DNA of 64,000 nucleotides from an uncultured Planctomycetota bacterium (GTDB lineage Bacteria > Planctomycetota > Planctomycetia > Isosphaerales > Isosphaeraceae), in the NCBI GenBank assembly GCA_963845755.1, contig CAWJTV010000039.1, forward strand, positions 160,001-224,000, in the 5' to 3' direction. The position numbers and the translations under genes are program-made. Below are positions 53,498 to 64,000 of this stretch, in pieces (within the stretch, counting starts at the first letter, position 1; every line of letters starts with the position of its first letter). The notes beneath the pieces are model-generated. The model worked only from the letters and a program-made list of their open reading frames with translations. It searched no databases and was not told the DNA's origin.

Positions 53498-56349
53498 ATG
53501 CGCGAGTCAACTGATCCGGCCCAAGGAACACCTGCTCTTCCTCCCGCCCCGCGGGCGGACCGTTGCGAGGACGCGGACTCTGCGGCACCCTCGCCACTCC
53601 CGTCCGTCGAATCGACGATCACGGATGCCGAGATTGTTGACAGGACGCAGGTATTGCCCCTTGCAACCGTGTTCGCGGAGACCGGGCCCTCTCAGGATGC
53701 GCACGACACGCCCTCCTCCGAGATCCGGTCGGGCCCCCAGTCCGAGAGGGCGGCCAAAGATGGGCAGGGCCAGCTCCGCGGCCATCCCTCCGGGATCGCC
53801 GGTTACGAGATCCTCGGTGTGCTGGGGCAAGGGGCCATGGGGATCGTCTACAAGGCCCGCCAACGCGGATTGAAGCGGGTGGTCGCCCTCAAGATGGTCC
53901 CCTCGGGACATTACTGCGGCTCGGCGGAACTGACCCGGTTCCGCCTCGAGGCGTGGACTGTGGCCGAGCTCCAGCATCCCAACATCGTCCAGATCTACGA
54001 GGTCGGCGAGGAGAGCGGCCATCAGTTCTTCTCGCTCGAATACGTCGAGGGCGGCAGCCTGGCCAGGAAGATCGACGCCACGCCGCAGCCGCCGATGGAA
54101 GCGGCGCGCCTGGTCCGCGTGCTGGCCGACGCCATGGAATACGCCCACTGCCGCGGCATCATCCACCGCGACCTGAAGCCCGCCAACATCTTGCTGACGG
54201 CCGACGGCATGCCCAAGATCAGCGACTTCGGGCTGGCCAAGCGGCTCGCCGACGACGACGGGCAGACGGTATTGGGTTCGATCCTGGGCTCGCCCGGCTT
54301 CATGGCCCCCGAGCAGGCCGAGGGTCGGAACTTCGAGGTCGGTCCCCGCTGCGACGTCTACGGGCTGGGGGCCATCCTTTACAACCTTCTGACGGGGCGG
54401 CCACCCTTCCGGGCCGCGTCGGTGCTGGAAACGCTCGAACTGGTCAAGACTCAGGAGCCCATCACACCGTCGCAGTTCCAGCCGAAGCTCACGCGTGACC
54501 TGGAGACGATCTGCCTGAAGTGCCTCCAGAAGGATCCCGCGTTGCGGTACGCCACCGCGGGCGACCTGGCCGCGGACCTCCACCGCTTCGAGGCCGGTGA
54601 GCCGATCGTGGCGCGGCCCGTCCACCGCGCCGAGCGCCTCTGGCGGTGGTCCCGACGCAACCCGCGCGCCGCGGCCGTAAGTGGGGCGATTGTCCTGCTG
54701 GTCGTCGGCTGGGCGGTGACCTCGACGGTGCTCTATCGACGGGCCAGGGCCAGCCAGCAGGCCGCTGTCCTCGCGGCCGCGGATGCCCGACGTCATGAGG
54801 CCATCGCCTTCGAGAACGCCATAGCAGCCCGGCGCAGTGCCGAGCAGGCCCAGCGCAACGCCGACCTCGCCCGCCGCCGCGAGGAGGCCGCGACGACGAC
54901 GGCCCAGAACGCCATTACCCGGATGATCCACCTGGGCAACCAGCTCCTGGGCCGGCTCAGGGCCAGGCACGACCCGCCCCAGACCGAGACCCAATGGCTC
55001 GGACTCCGCGAGGACCTGATCGCCCTCATGACCAAGGAGACGGTCGCCATGGCGCAGCAGATCGAGAGCCAGGAGATCGTCTCGTTCGCCGTGGTCGCCA
55101 CGCATCAGCAGTTGGGCGACCTGCTCCGGAACCTCGGCCAGGGCGAGGATGCGCGGCGGCAGTTCCAACGCGCCTGCGAGTTGCTCGACCGGATTGTCGC
55201 CGCCCAGCCCGGTAATGACGTCGCGCGGGCCAATCTCGGCGTGATGGTCCAGCGGCTCGGCGAGATGGCCCTGAACCTCGACGGCGACGCTGCAGGGCGC
55301 TCGGCGAATTCCAGCGTAGCTGGGACCTTCAGCAGCAGATCGCCGAACATCCTCGCAGCGGATTCTACAAAGACGAGGACAACCACCGCCTGCTCTCACA
55401 CGCCGCGATCAAGCAAGGCTTCGCCGAGCTCGGACTCGGACACCCCGCCGAGGCCCGCGACCGATTCCAGGCCGCGTGGGAGCATCGCACCGCCTGGTTG
55501 AAGGCCAAACCTCAAGATGCCGCGGTTTTCAGCTACCTGTCGCAAGCCGAGCTCTGGCTGGGTGTCGCTTCCAGCCACCTCGATGACTGGCCGGCCGCGC
55601 GTCCGCACTTCGATCGGGCCCTCGAGATCTGCCAGGACCTGTCTCGTCGTTTCCCGACCCAGTTCTCCTTCCGCGGAGACCTCGCAGAGGTGCATGGCGC
55701 ATACGCCGAGGCGCTCGAGCGCCTCGGGAAGGATGATGAGGCCGAGCAGGCCAATCTCCGATCGCTACAATGCGCCGAGGAAGCACTGGTTCAAGACCAG
55801 CAGGGCACGGCGCCTCGATCGCTCATCGCCGCGGCTCACGAGCGGCTCGCCGCGATCGCCCTCCTCCGCAACCGGCCGGCGGAGGCCGAGAAACACCGGC
55901 GCACGGCACTCGAGATCCGTACGGACCTGGCGAAAGTCGAACCCCACAATCTGCCGCGACAGGCCATGTTCGCGCTGGCCCTGGCGCACTGCGGTCGCCG
56001 GGATGAGGCGAGGGGCAAGGCCGAGGAACTCCTCCACACGGCGGCGGACCGCCCCGCCATCCTGCTCCCCCTGGCACGCACCTACGCCGCATGCGCGACG
56101 AGCGATCCCGATCGCCGCCGCGACCTGTCGCGGATGATCGATGCGCTCAATGCCGCGATCGATCACGGCTACCGCGATGCGCTCGCCATACGGACCGACC
56201 CCGACCTTACTCCCTTCCTGACCGAACCGGCCTTTCGGGCGTCCTCGATGGCCTCAAGGCGAAACGGTAGATCGGACGGACGCCGTTTCCCCCCTGTCCG
56301 GGATGAAAAGCCTGCGGTTACAGTGATGGGGATTTCGGCGTTCTGGTGA
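53498..56349 (+). CDS. Ser/Thr protein kinase with TM helix and TPR-like C-terminus; frameshifts near 55300 and 56240
   Basis: LGQGAMGIVY, VALK, HRDLKPAN, DFGLAK, APE; DPDL tail motif. Confidence 0.9.
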
Positions 56350-56409
56350 AGTCGATCACGCGTTTTCGGCCGTCAGGTGGATGTCTTGGAACAGTGCTGG
56401 GAGGATGAA

Positions 56410-56718
56410 ATGGCGGCGGTAACCGTCGAGGTTCCCAACGACGCGTTCTCCGCATTGCGGCGCTCGCCGAAGAAGTTTGCCCAGGACATGTGGATCGCCG
56501 CGGCCATCCCGTGGTATCACCAGCGACTGATCTCCCAGGGGAAGGCCGCTGCCATAGCCGGCCTGAGCCGCAGAGAGTTCCTGATGGCGCTGTCCCATGC
56601 CAAGGTGGAAGCCAGCGAGGTTGACATCGAGGAAATGATGGAGGAGGTTGAACGTGATCTCCAGGCGCGTCGTGAACGCCTCGCCCCTGATCTTCCTGAC
56701 CGAAGTGGGGCTCCTTGA
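56410..56718 (+). CDS. UPF0175 family putative antitoxin
   Basis: WYHQRLISQGKAAAIAGLSRREFL. Confidence 0.85.
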   Translation: MAAVTVEVPNDAFSALRRSPKKFAQDMWIAAAIPWYHQRLISQGKAAAIAGLSRREFLMALSHAKVEASEVDIEEMMEEVERDLQARRERLAPDLPDRSGAP

Positions 56719-56800
56719 GGTCTTGCATCCGCCGGGTGTCCTCGTTCTGGTGCCCGACGTGGTCCTGGTCGAGATCAATAGTCTTGCCCCTTGCCCCCAA
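56654..56800 (+). pseudogene. DUF3368/PIN-like toxin, N-terminal fragment
   Basis: VVNASPLIFL...LVPDVVLVEI then homology appears lost. Confidence 0.7.
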
Positions 56801-57302
56801 CGATCCGTCGATTCAGGCCGTTCGGTTCACACTCCTCGGCTGGGCCGCCGCTGGCATCGTACGTATTGCGTTCACCGGGCTTCCCGCGGATGCGCCCGAT
56901 CGCACGAAGAGCCCGACGCAGGTTGATGAGCGCCGGGCAATTGAGGTGCAAGGCTGCCACGGTCGCTCGGCCCGTCGCGTTGCGCCCCTCGATACGCAGG
57001 AGGTCTGGGCTCCAGGCGAAGTGGCGCGACCATTGCTGACGGCGCGGGTTGAACAGGGGGACGGTTCGCCCGGTTTGTGGATCGTGCGCCTGCGTTTTGG
57101 CATACTTGTGGCCGTTACACGCCGGGCACGCCCAGGCCAGCTCGTCCGCGGTGCTCCCCGCGCCGAGCATCCGGGGCAGGACATGCTCACAGACAAACGG
57201 GGCGCACGAATAACTCGCGGGATGCCGGCAGTATTCGCAGTGGTCGCCGGCGCGGTCGCGCACCTGGCGCCGGACTGGCCGCGGGATCGCCTCATGCGCC
57301 AT
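56775..57302 (-). CDS. HNH endonuclease
   Basis: CEYC...EHVLP...LAWACPACNGHK...LFNPRRQQWSRHF. Confidence 0.9.
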   Translation of the reverse strand: MAHEAIPRPVRRQVRDRAGDHCEYCRHPASYSCAPFVCEHVLPRMLGAGSTADELAWACPACNGHKYAKTQAHDPQTGRTVPLFNPRRQQWSRHFAWSPDLLRIEGRNATGRATVAALHLNCPALINLRRALRAIGRIRGKPGERNTYDASGGPAEECEPNGLNRRIVGGKGQDY

Positions 57303-57690
57303 TCTTAGGGCCTTCGCAGCCGATTTCCGTCTTCACGGCCTGCACCGATTTCCCCTGGCGGCGCGCCAGCTCCGCCAGGGCCTCGGCCCGCGCGGCGTCG
57401 AGCCGCTGGACTTCCTGTGACAGGGTTTGGTACTCGGCCAACTCGTTCCGGGTCAGAAGTCCGCGCTCGCTCCTGGCGATGAGTCTCTTGAGACGCCGCT
57501 CCGCCGCCGCCGGCAGCCGGACCTTGGCGGCCCGGGCCAAAGTCGCCTCGTCAGACCCCTCATTCCCGTTTTCTGCGCGGCGCACGGCCAGGCGGCGCTC
57601 GAACTCGCGCCGCTGCGCGGGTGAGAGGCGATCGACCGCATCGAGGAGCTGTTCCAGGCTGAGCGGGTCGGGTGCCGGCGGCGCGGCCAT
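57292..57690 (-). CDS. Hypothetical helical protein coupled to HNH (putative antitoxin)
   Basis: AGGAGG RBS; overlaps HNH start; RAEALAELARRQG. Confidence 0.7.
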   Translation of the reverse strand: MAAPPAPDPLSLEQLLDAVDRLSPAQRREFERRLAVRRAENGNEGSDEATLARAAKVRLPAAAERRLKRLIARSERGLLTRNELAEYQTLSQEVQRLDAARAEALAELARRQGKSVQAVKTEIGCEGPKNGA

Positions 57691-57764
57691 GACGATTCCT
57701 CCTTCACTACCCGGCGATCTTACACGACCCCCGCTGCCGTGTGAACTCCAGCACTTGCCGCGAT

Positions 57765-57903
57765 CCCAACAACGCATCCTCCGCACTGCGGCGCTCGCCG
57801 AAGGAGTTTGCCGAGGACATGCGGAACGCCGCGGCTATCCCGTGGTATCACCAGCGACTGATCTCCCAGGGGAAGGCTGCCGTGATCGCTAGCCCGAGCC
57901 GCG
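57765..57903 (+). pseudogene. Degenerate partial duplicate of the UPF0175 gene
   Basis: Near-copy of 56433-56571, sharing ATCCCGTGGTATCACCAGCGACTGATCTCCCAGGGGAAGGC. Confidence 0.8.
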
Positions 57904-57987
57904 CGTCCACCGTCGTGAGACCGTGGTCACAGGCTCGGGATCAATTCGGAGTGTCAACTCTTGGGCACGAAGTTTCGTTTTGTGACA

Positions 57988-60900
57988 TTAACGGTTCCCA
58001 ACACTATTTCCCCGCCGGATCGGCTGGTTCGAGATCGCGACCTGATCGATCGCCAGGTCTTGAATCATCGCGCCGGACGGCGACTCGTCATCGAGGGCGC
58101 CCAGGATTTCATCGACCGCGAGGTCCGAAGAGACCGTTGCGGAACCAGACGTCGCCTTCTGGACCGTCTGCCTCAGCGCAGCCGATGTGCTGGGATTGAA
58201 GCTCGTGTCCCCGCCGTAGACGGCCTTGATCGTGAAGGTGCCGACCGCCAACGTCGATGTCGTGAAGCTGGCGATGCCGTTGTTGAGCGTGTCCATGCCC
58301 AGAATCGTCGAGCCGGCGTAAAAGCTGACCGTGCCCGTGGGAGTTCCACTCCCCGGCGCCACGACGTTGATCATGGCGGTGAACGTCACCGGCTGGCCGA
58401 CGCTCGACGGGTTGGCCGAGGAGACCCCCGTCGCCGTCGTGGTGGCCTGTTTCACCTTCTGGGTCAGGCCAGGAGAGGTCGAGCCGGTGAAGTCGGTGTC
58501 GCCGTTGTAAACCGCCGTGATCGCGTGTGAGCCGACGACAAGACTTGAGGTGGCGAACGTCGTCTGATCGGCGCCGTTGACGACCGAGAGCGTGCCGCCG
58601 CCGAGCATCGTCGAGCCGTCGTAGAAGGCGACGGTTCCGGTCGGTGTCCCACTCCCCGGTGACTTCGCCGACACCGTGGCCGTGAACGTCACCGTCTCGC
58701 CGAATTCGGATGGGTTCGCCGACGAGGACAGCTTGGTGGTCGTCGCGTCCAGGTTGACCGTCTGCGTCAGGGCCGCCGAGTCGCTGGTCAGGAAGTTGCC
58801 ATCGCCGCTGTAACTCACCGTGATCGTGTGCGTGGCGACCGCCAGTGCCGTCGTGCTGAAGGTCGCTTTCCCTCCACTGAGCCCGACCGTGGTCAGGACC
58901 GTCGAGCCGTCCAGGATCGTCACGGTGCCGGTTGGTGTACCGCCGCCCGGCGACGCGGCCTTGACCGTGGTCGTGAACGTGACGGACTGGCCGAAGACGG
59001 ACGGGTCCTTGGAGGACGTTACGGTCGTCGTCGTCGCGTCCGGGTTGACCATCTCCGTCACGGTGGCAGAGGTACTGGTCCCGTAGTTCGGATCCCCGCT
59101 GTAAACGGCGGAGATCGGGTGTGAGCCCACCGACAGGGCGCCCGTCTTGAAGCTCGCCGTCTTTCCGCTGAGCGCGACCGTGGCCAGGACGGTCGAGCCG
59201 TCCAGGAAGGTGATGGATCCTGTCGGTGTCCCGCCGCCCGGGGGTACCACGGACACGGTCGCCGTCAGGTTGACCGACTGACCCCAGACCGATGGGTTGG
59301 CCGATGAGCTGAGGGTCACGGTCGTGGTGTCCGAGCTGACGACCTGGGTCAGGCTAGATGATGAGCTCGTGGCGAAGCTGGCATCGCCGGCGTAGACGAC
59401 CAAGATCGCGTGCGACCCGATCGTCAGTCCGGTCGTCCTGAACGTGGCTTTTCCGCCGCCGAGCGTGGCGGTCCCCAGGCTGGTCGAACCATCATAGAAA
59501 GTGACCGTGCCCGTGGGCGTGCCTTTGTTGGGCGGTGTCGGTTTCACCGTGGCCGTGAAGGTCACGGACTGACCGAAGGCCGATGGATTCGCCGAGGATG
59601 TGAGGCTCGTCGTGCTGCTCTCCTCGGCCCCGAGCACGACGGTACCGCTCGTGTAAGTCGGCTCAAAGGCGACGGGCCCGGCGATCGCCGACTCGTCGAT
59701 GGTCGAGAACGGACCGTTGAAGGGGTTGGCGTTGACCATCGTGAAGGTCTGGCCCAGGGTCGGCGTGAAGCCATTGATCAGGCCGAGGATCAGGCTGCCG
59801 CCGACCGTCGCGGACCCGCTCACGTCGAGCTGATCGTACTGGGTGCCGGCCGTCGTGCCGCCCAGTTCGATGTTGAGGCTGCCTGTGGCCGTCTGGGTGT
59901 AGTTGCCATTGATGGAGAGCAACCCGGCTGCGCCGGCGCCGCCGGGGATGACCTGGCCGCCGCTGTTGACGTTGGCATTGATCGTTCCGGAGCCGGTGAG
60001 AACGCCTGCGTTGATATCGAGGTCGCCGCCGAGGATGTCTCCCCCATTGAGGACGGTGGCACCCGCGGTCTGGATGTAATTGTCGATGCCGAGGTTGGTT
60101 GCGGACGCCACGGTCACCGTCCCCGAATTCGCGGCATCCGTCAGGTCGAGCTCGCCCTGCTGGACATCGACCGAGCCGGTGTTGCTGAACGGGACTTCGA
60201 TGTCGAAGTAGTCGTTGCCGACCGCGGTCACGGAGCCGGTGAAGCTGCCCGCATTGTTGAAGGCCACCGCCGAGCCGTCGCCCGCGACGATCCCGCCGTA
60301 GCTGGTGCCCACCACGGTGAGGCTCGCACCGGCCAGGTTGTTAATCACGGCGCCGGCCTCGAGCGCGGTACTGATCCCATTGTCCCCGGAGAGGTCCCAG
60401 GTCGCCGCGCCGTAGTTATTGAGCGTCGTCCCGTCGAGCGTGAGCGGGGGCTGAACACCCTGAGGACCCGTCGCGAAGATCGCCATCCCGCCGTAGGCGT
60501 CCACCGATGGGACGCCGAGGATCGAGCCCCCGTGGAGCGTCAGGAGCCCATTGGCCACGAAGCTGTCGGTGCCGTCCAGATTGGCAAGCGGGTCGAGCGT
60601 CACCGCCCCGATGGTCAGCGTCACCGGTCCGCCCGCCGCCGGGGCGAAGCTCACCGTGCCATCCACCTCCAGCGACGAGCCCAGGGCGACGGCGCCCGTG
60701 AACGTGGTCTCGACGGCATCGGTGTCGCCGGCGACGCTGTAGCTCCCCTCCACGGTGCAGTCGGAGAGAGCCACCGACCCCTGCGATGAAATCGCCGAGT
60801 CCGTCGTCAAGATCTGGCCGTCGATCTCCAGGCTGGTCCCGGCGGCGCCGGTGAACGTCCCGCCGCTGACCGTCGAGCCGTCGCCGCCGAGGACGAACGA

Positions 60901-61734
60901 CCCCTGCTGGACGGAGACCGAGCCGACGTCGGACTGCGTGAAGGTCGGCTCGATGAACGTCTCCCCGATGTTGCCCGCCGGCTGGATCAGCGCCCCCTCG
61001 TTGTCGAAGAAGGTGCCCGAGCCGTCGCTGGTGATCTGGCCGGCGGTCGCGTAGGGGAAGTCGGTCGGGAAGGTGAAGCGGCCCGTCGCCTGGTTGTCGA
61101 TCCCGGCCTCGTCCTCCAGCGCCAGGCTGAAGCTGCAGCAGCCGGCGGCGAGCGAGAGCGACGCGGCGCCGGCGTTCTCCAGCACGACGCCGTCGAGGGT
61201 CGCGGTATTCCCGGCATCGAGGCTGACCTGGAGCGCCGCGCCGTCGGCGATGTCGAGCGCCCCGAGGCCCGCGATTGTCCCTCCAGTCCAGGTCATCGTT
61301 CCGCTGATCGTGAGGTTCCCCGCCGTGCTCAACATCGCGTTGCCGAGCGTGAAGCTGCCGGCGATCGACGAGGACGTGTTGAGCGCCAGCGCGCCGTCCG
61401 AGATGTCGAGGGCCGAATCGCTCGACGAGATCGTCAGACTGTTGATCGAGTCGGAGGCGGACGAGGAATGCGTGACCATGATGCCGGGCAGATCGATGAC
61501 CACGTCGTCGGTCGGGCCGGGCAGCACGCCCGTATCCCAGTTCGACGGCGTATCCCAGTCGCCGCCATCTGGGTTGATCCAGGTCACCGTCGAGAGCAAG
61601 GTCCGGCCTTCCAGGATCTCCGCGCGCGGTCGGAGGCGCCGCGTTGCGTTGCGGGCCGATCGGCGGCCGCCCTTCGTGGGCCTGGGCGGCCGGAAGCCCG
61701 GTATTCTCTCGTCAACTCTCCGGTGCGAAGCCAT
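57988..61734 (-). CDS. Large secreted protein with beta-helix-like region and five bacterial Ig-like repeats
   Basis: LEGRTLLS motif, GDWDTPSNW, repeated SSANPSxxGQSVTFTATV...PTGTVTFxDG...YSGD. Confidence 0.9.
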   Translation of the reverse strand: MASHRRVDERIPGFRPPRPTKGGRRSARNATRRLRPRAEILEGRTLLSTVTWINPDGGDWDTPSNWDTGVLPGPTDDVVIDLPGIMVTHSSSASDSINSLTISSSDSALDISDGALALNTSSSIAGSFTLGNAMLSTAGNLTISGTMTWTGGTIAGLGALDIADGAALQVSLDAGNTATLDGVVLENAGAASLSLAAGCCSFSLALEDEAGIDNQATGRFTFPTDFPYATAGQITSDGSGTFFDNEGALIQPAGNIGETFIEPTFTQSDVGSVSVQQGSFVLGGDGSTVSGGTFTGAAGTSLEIDGQILTTDSAISSQGSVALSDCTVEGSYSVAGDTDAVETTFTGAVALGSSLEVDGTVSFAPAAGGPVTLTIGAVTLDPLANLDGTDSFVANGLLTLHGGSILGVPSVDAYGGMAIFATGPQGVQPPLTLDGTTLNNYGAATWDLSGDNGISTALEAGAVINNLAGASLTVVGTSYGGIVAGDGSAVAFNNAGSFTGSVTAVGNDYFDIEVPFSNTGSVDVQQGELDLTDAANSGTVTVASATNLGIDNYIQTAGATVLNGGDILGGDLDINAGVLTGSGTINANVNSGGQVIPGGAGAAGLLSINGNYTQTATGSLNIELGGTTAGTQYDQLDVSGSATVGGSLILGLINGFTPTLGQTFTMVNANPFNGPFSTIDESAIAGPVAFEPTYTSGTVVLGAEESSTTSLTSSANPSAFGQSVTFTATVKPTPPNKGTPTGTVTFYDGSTSLGTATLGGGKATFRTTGLTIGSHAILVVYAGDASFATSSSSSLTQVVSSDTTTVTLSSSANPSVWGQSVNLTATVSVVPPGGGTPTGSITFLDGSTVLATVALSGKTASFKTGALSVGSHPISAVYSGDPNYGTSTSATVTEMVNPDATTTTVTSSKDPSVFGQSVTFTTTVKAASPGGGTPTGTVTILDGSTVLTTVGLSGGKATFSTTALAVATHTITVSYSGDGNFLTSDSAALTQTVNLDATTTKLSSSANPSEFGETVTFTATVSAKSPGSGTPTGTVAFYDGSTMLGGGTLSVVNGADQTTFATSSLVVGSHAITAVYNGDTDFTGSTSPGLTQKVKQATTTATGVSSANPSSVGQPVTFTAMINVVAPGSGTPTGTVSFYAGSTILGMDTLNNGIASFTTSTLAVGTFTIKAVYGGDTSFNPSTSAALRQTVQKATSGSATVSSDLAVDEILGALDDESPSGAMIQDLAIDQVAISNQPIRRGNSVGNR

Positions 61735-61754
61735 GAAGAAGATCCTTACAAGTT

Positions 61755-61808
61755 GTTTCAAAACGGGGACTGGCTACGAGTCTTCGAGGTGCCTGTCCCC
61801 TTTGAAAC
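61755..61808. repeat. REP-like palindrome, copy 2
   Basis: Reverse-orientation copy of 3363-3424. Confidence 0.85.
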
Positions 61809-62202
61809 GGCCTCTTAACAAGGTGGCGCGTCGAGGAATCAATCGCCCATTGACTTTCGCCGAGGCGGTTTTTTCAGAGGAATCGTGGTCGATTCATGAC
61901 GGATTCGACCGGCGACGAGCCTTTCGCCGGCCAGGACCGGTTCTCTCCTGCAACGATCCGAATTCGGAATCCGATCTCGCCGCGGTGGCTCTCCGGCTTG
62001 ACTCCGCCGATCGGTCGGCCAGCTCTCATGGCGAGGCGCGGACGCCGATCAGCGCCGGCACGCCAGCGGCCACGACCTCAGATCCTTCAAGGGAAGAGAT
62101 GCACGAGATGAGGAAACCTATCGCGGATTCCCCAAGATTTTTGAGACTGTCGCAAGAGGACCGGGTTCTCCGCCGAGGGAGTCTCGGTGGGCCCATGGGA
62201 TC

Positions 62203-62653
62203 CTCGTTCCCACGCTCCCGCGTGGGAACGTCCGCCGGCGACGCTCCGCGTCGTCCGGTCCCGCGGGCCGCGGGGAACGCTGACGAAATAAACTCCCGAT
62301 ATTCTGGGGGACATCTCGGTCGGTCCTGGGAAGTTCTTTCGTCAGCGCTCCAAGGCGTCGCACAACAATGCCCAGGGTCGCCGGAGGCGCAGCCTGGGCA
62401 CCGATCACCAAACCTCAGCGCACCCCAAGGGGTTTCTCGGGTGTGGCCGCATGGCGGAACCTCCTTGGGGTGCTGGCGAATTCCAAGTAACGGGAAATCC
62501 GACGTCGCACGCCGACCCGGGGTGAGCCTCCGCCGACCCTGGGCTCGATTGTGTAACGCTCGGCGTAAGGACTTTCTCACTCGAGATCATGAATCGTCCA
62601 CGGGAGGGACTCCCTCCGCGGACCCCCTGGGGTTGCGGCTCGGCCGCGCCAGG
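62203..62653. repeat. Composite degenerate repeat cluster
   Basis: Half copy of the 17064 element, CCCAGGGTCG/CGACCCTGGG arms, and a GGTTGCGGCTCGGCCGCGCCAGG end resembling the 1852 family. Confidence 0.6.
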
Positions 62654-62886
62654 TGTTGATGAATTGTAGCCTATTATGGGATCAAGATCGGTCGCTGGAA
62701 TTCCTTATTTGACCCGAGAGGACGGACAACGCGCCCGTCGTGAGCTCGAGGTGACTGCCTGGCCTCAAGCCAGTTCATTGCGCATTAACTCCCTATAAGA
62801 ATGAAATTGGTCGATATCCAGTACCGAATCATATGATTTGGCACAACGGGTCAGAAAAAAATTTCAGAAAAACCAGGACGACCCTC

Positions 62887-62914
62887 TTGCATTCGCGGGG
62901 ACGCTCGGCATAGT
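62887..62914 (+). promoter_or_regulatory. Possible sigma70 promoter with upstream A-tracts
   Basis: TTGCAT-16nt-CATAGT. Confidence 0.35.
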
Positions 62915-63180
62915 AAGGAGTTGTTTCACGAGGCCGAACCGGTGAGACTAGGGACGCGGATGGATCGGACAACGCCGTGTTGAGAGCGGCGACTGTCGAT
63001 CTCATCCTCCCGAACTCGGACGGCCTGGTCCTTTCCCGATGATTCTAGCGATTCGCACCCTGACATCCCGGCGCTGAGGAACCGCGCCATGGACCGCGGC
63101 CAGTCCCTTCCGGAGGGAGCGGGTTCGCCGCGAGGGATCCCGTGCGCCTACGACCTGGGCGATCGAACTCCTTACACGCT

Positions 63181-63236
63181 GTTTCAAAACGGGGACTGGC
63201 TCCGAGTCTTCGAGGTGCCTGTCCCCCTTTTGAAAC
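63181..63236. repeat. REP-like palindrome, copy 3
   Basis: Near-identical to 61755. Confidence 0.85.
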
Positions 63237-63301
63237 CACCTTTTACGCGCGTCGCGGGAGGATGGTCGAGGTCCGCGCGTGGGGATCCGGGGGACCGCAT
63301 C

Positions 63302-64000
63302 ATGTCGCGCATCCGTCTGAGTTTCGCCCAGCGTCGCCGTCGTGCCTTGATGGTCAGGCCGATCCTCCTCAGTTTGGAAGCGCGAAACGCGGTTACGCCC
63401 ATGGGAGCGGCCTCGCTTGGCCTTGGAACGCTTGGCGTCATGCATGCAAACGGGGGGGGGTAGTGCTCTGATCCGATCCGCCTCCGGCATTGCGGCGAGT
63501 TCTCCGGCGGGAGGGAGGAACCTGCTCGATGGTGCCCAGCGGCAGACCCTCGACTCAGCCCGCGATCGATGGGCCACGCGGATCGCCGACGGCGCGCCAG
63601 GAAGCCAGGGCTCGGGGGGTGTTCTTCCGGACGTCCCGGCGATCGCGAGTCCGAAGGTGAGTGGATCCTCAACGGCCGATGACGCCACAAACCTCAGCGG
63701 AATGCTCGGCAAAGGCTCCGATCGGCCTGCGCAGCCCACCGGTATCTCGGCGCCGTGGAAGCCGGATCAGCGCGGTTGGGTGCCGGCGGCGGCGCCTTGC
63801 CACCGCGCGGTGGGTCGGGGAGCATCGCGGCGGGGGTCGCCCTCGCCACGGCGAAATCGGCCGCAACGACCCGTCCCGCGGCAGCCAACCCCACCTCAGC
63901 CGGCTCCTCGGCAGCCTCCTCGGCGCTGCTCTCCACGCTCGGGCTCAACTCCGTCACCTCGCAGGCAGTGACGACCGTCAGCCGCAACGCCCTGGCCACC
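63302..64000 (+). CDS. N-terminus of a large secreted protein (LExR motif); frameshifted at a G-run; runs off window end
   Basis: MSRIRLSFAQRRRRALMVRPILLSLEARNAVTP then low-complexity Ala/Ser/Gly sequence; possible upstream start 63089. Confidence 0.55.

Noticed and set aside
1..64000. Widespread frameshifts as mass pseudogenisation or programmed recoding
   Set aside because: They hit housekeeping and accessory genes alike, often in homopolymer or GC runs; long-read error is the simpler explanation.

Overview
GC-rich bacterial DNA, most likely a planctomycete (Isosphaeraceae-like). This inference rests on LExRxLL-motif secreted proteins, TPR Ser/Thr kinases, a PEP-CTERM protein and typical palindromic repeats. 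Many genes are split by single-base indels, which points to long-read consensus errors, so most frameshifts are not called pseudogenes. Main content: (i) a c-di-GMP-I riboswitch upstream of a co-oriented minus-strand cluster encoding a matrixin/Ig protease, a large surface protein, a TPR Ser/Thr kinase, an HD-GYP protein and an FHA-GGDEF cyclase; (ii) envelope genes (wzm/wzt, an ArnT-like glycosyltransferase, hldE); (iii) a sugar cluster (galM, glucose dehydrogenase, kdgK) interrupted by an integrase-less integron cassette array with two clear attC sites, an attI-like site and a Pc-like promoter, carrying a dynamin-like GTPase and a nuclease-toxin-like gene; (iv) an ~12 kb accessory island (41.3-53.1 kb) in which short genes are separated by two families of repeated palindromic recombination-like sites, plus a 4075-bp IS21-family element with a 6-bp target duplication and a damaged tyrosine recombinase; (v) a second kinase, toxin-antitoxin remnants and Ig-repeat surface proteins. 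No rRNA, tRNA or CRISPR array was seen.
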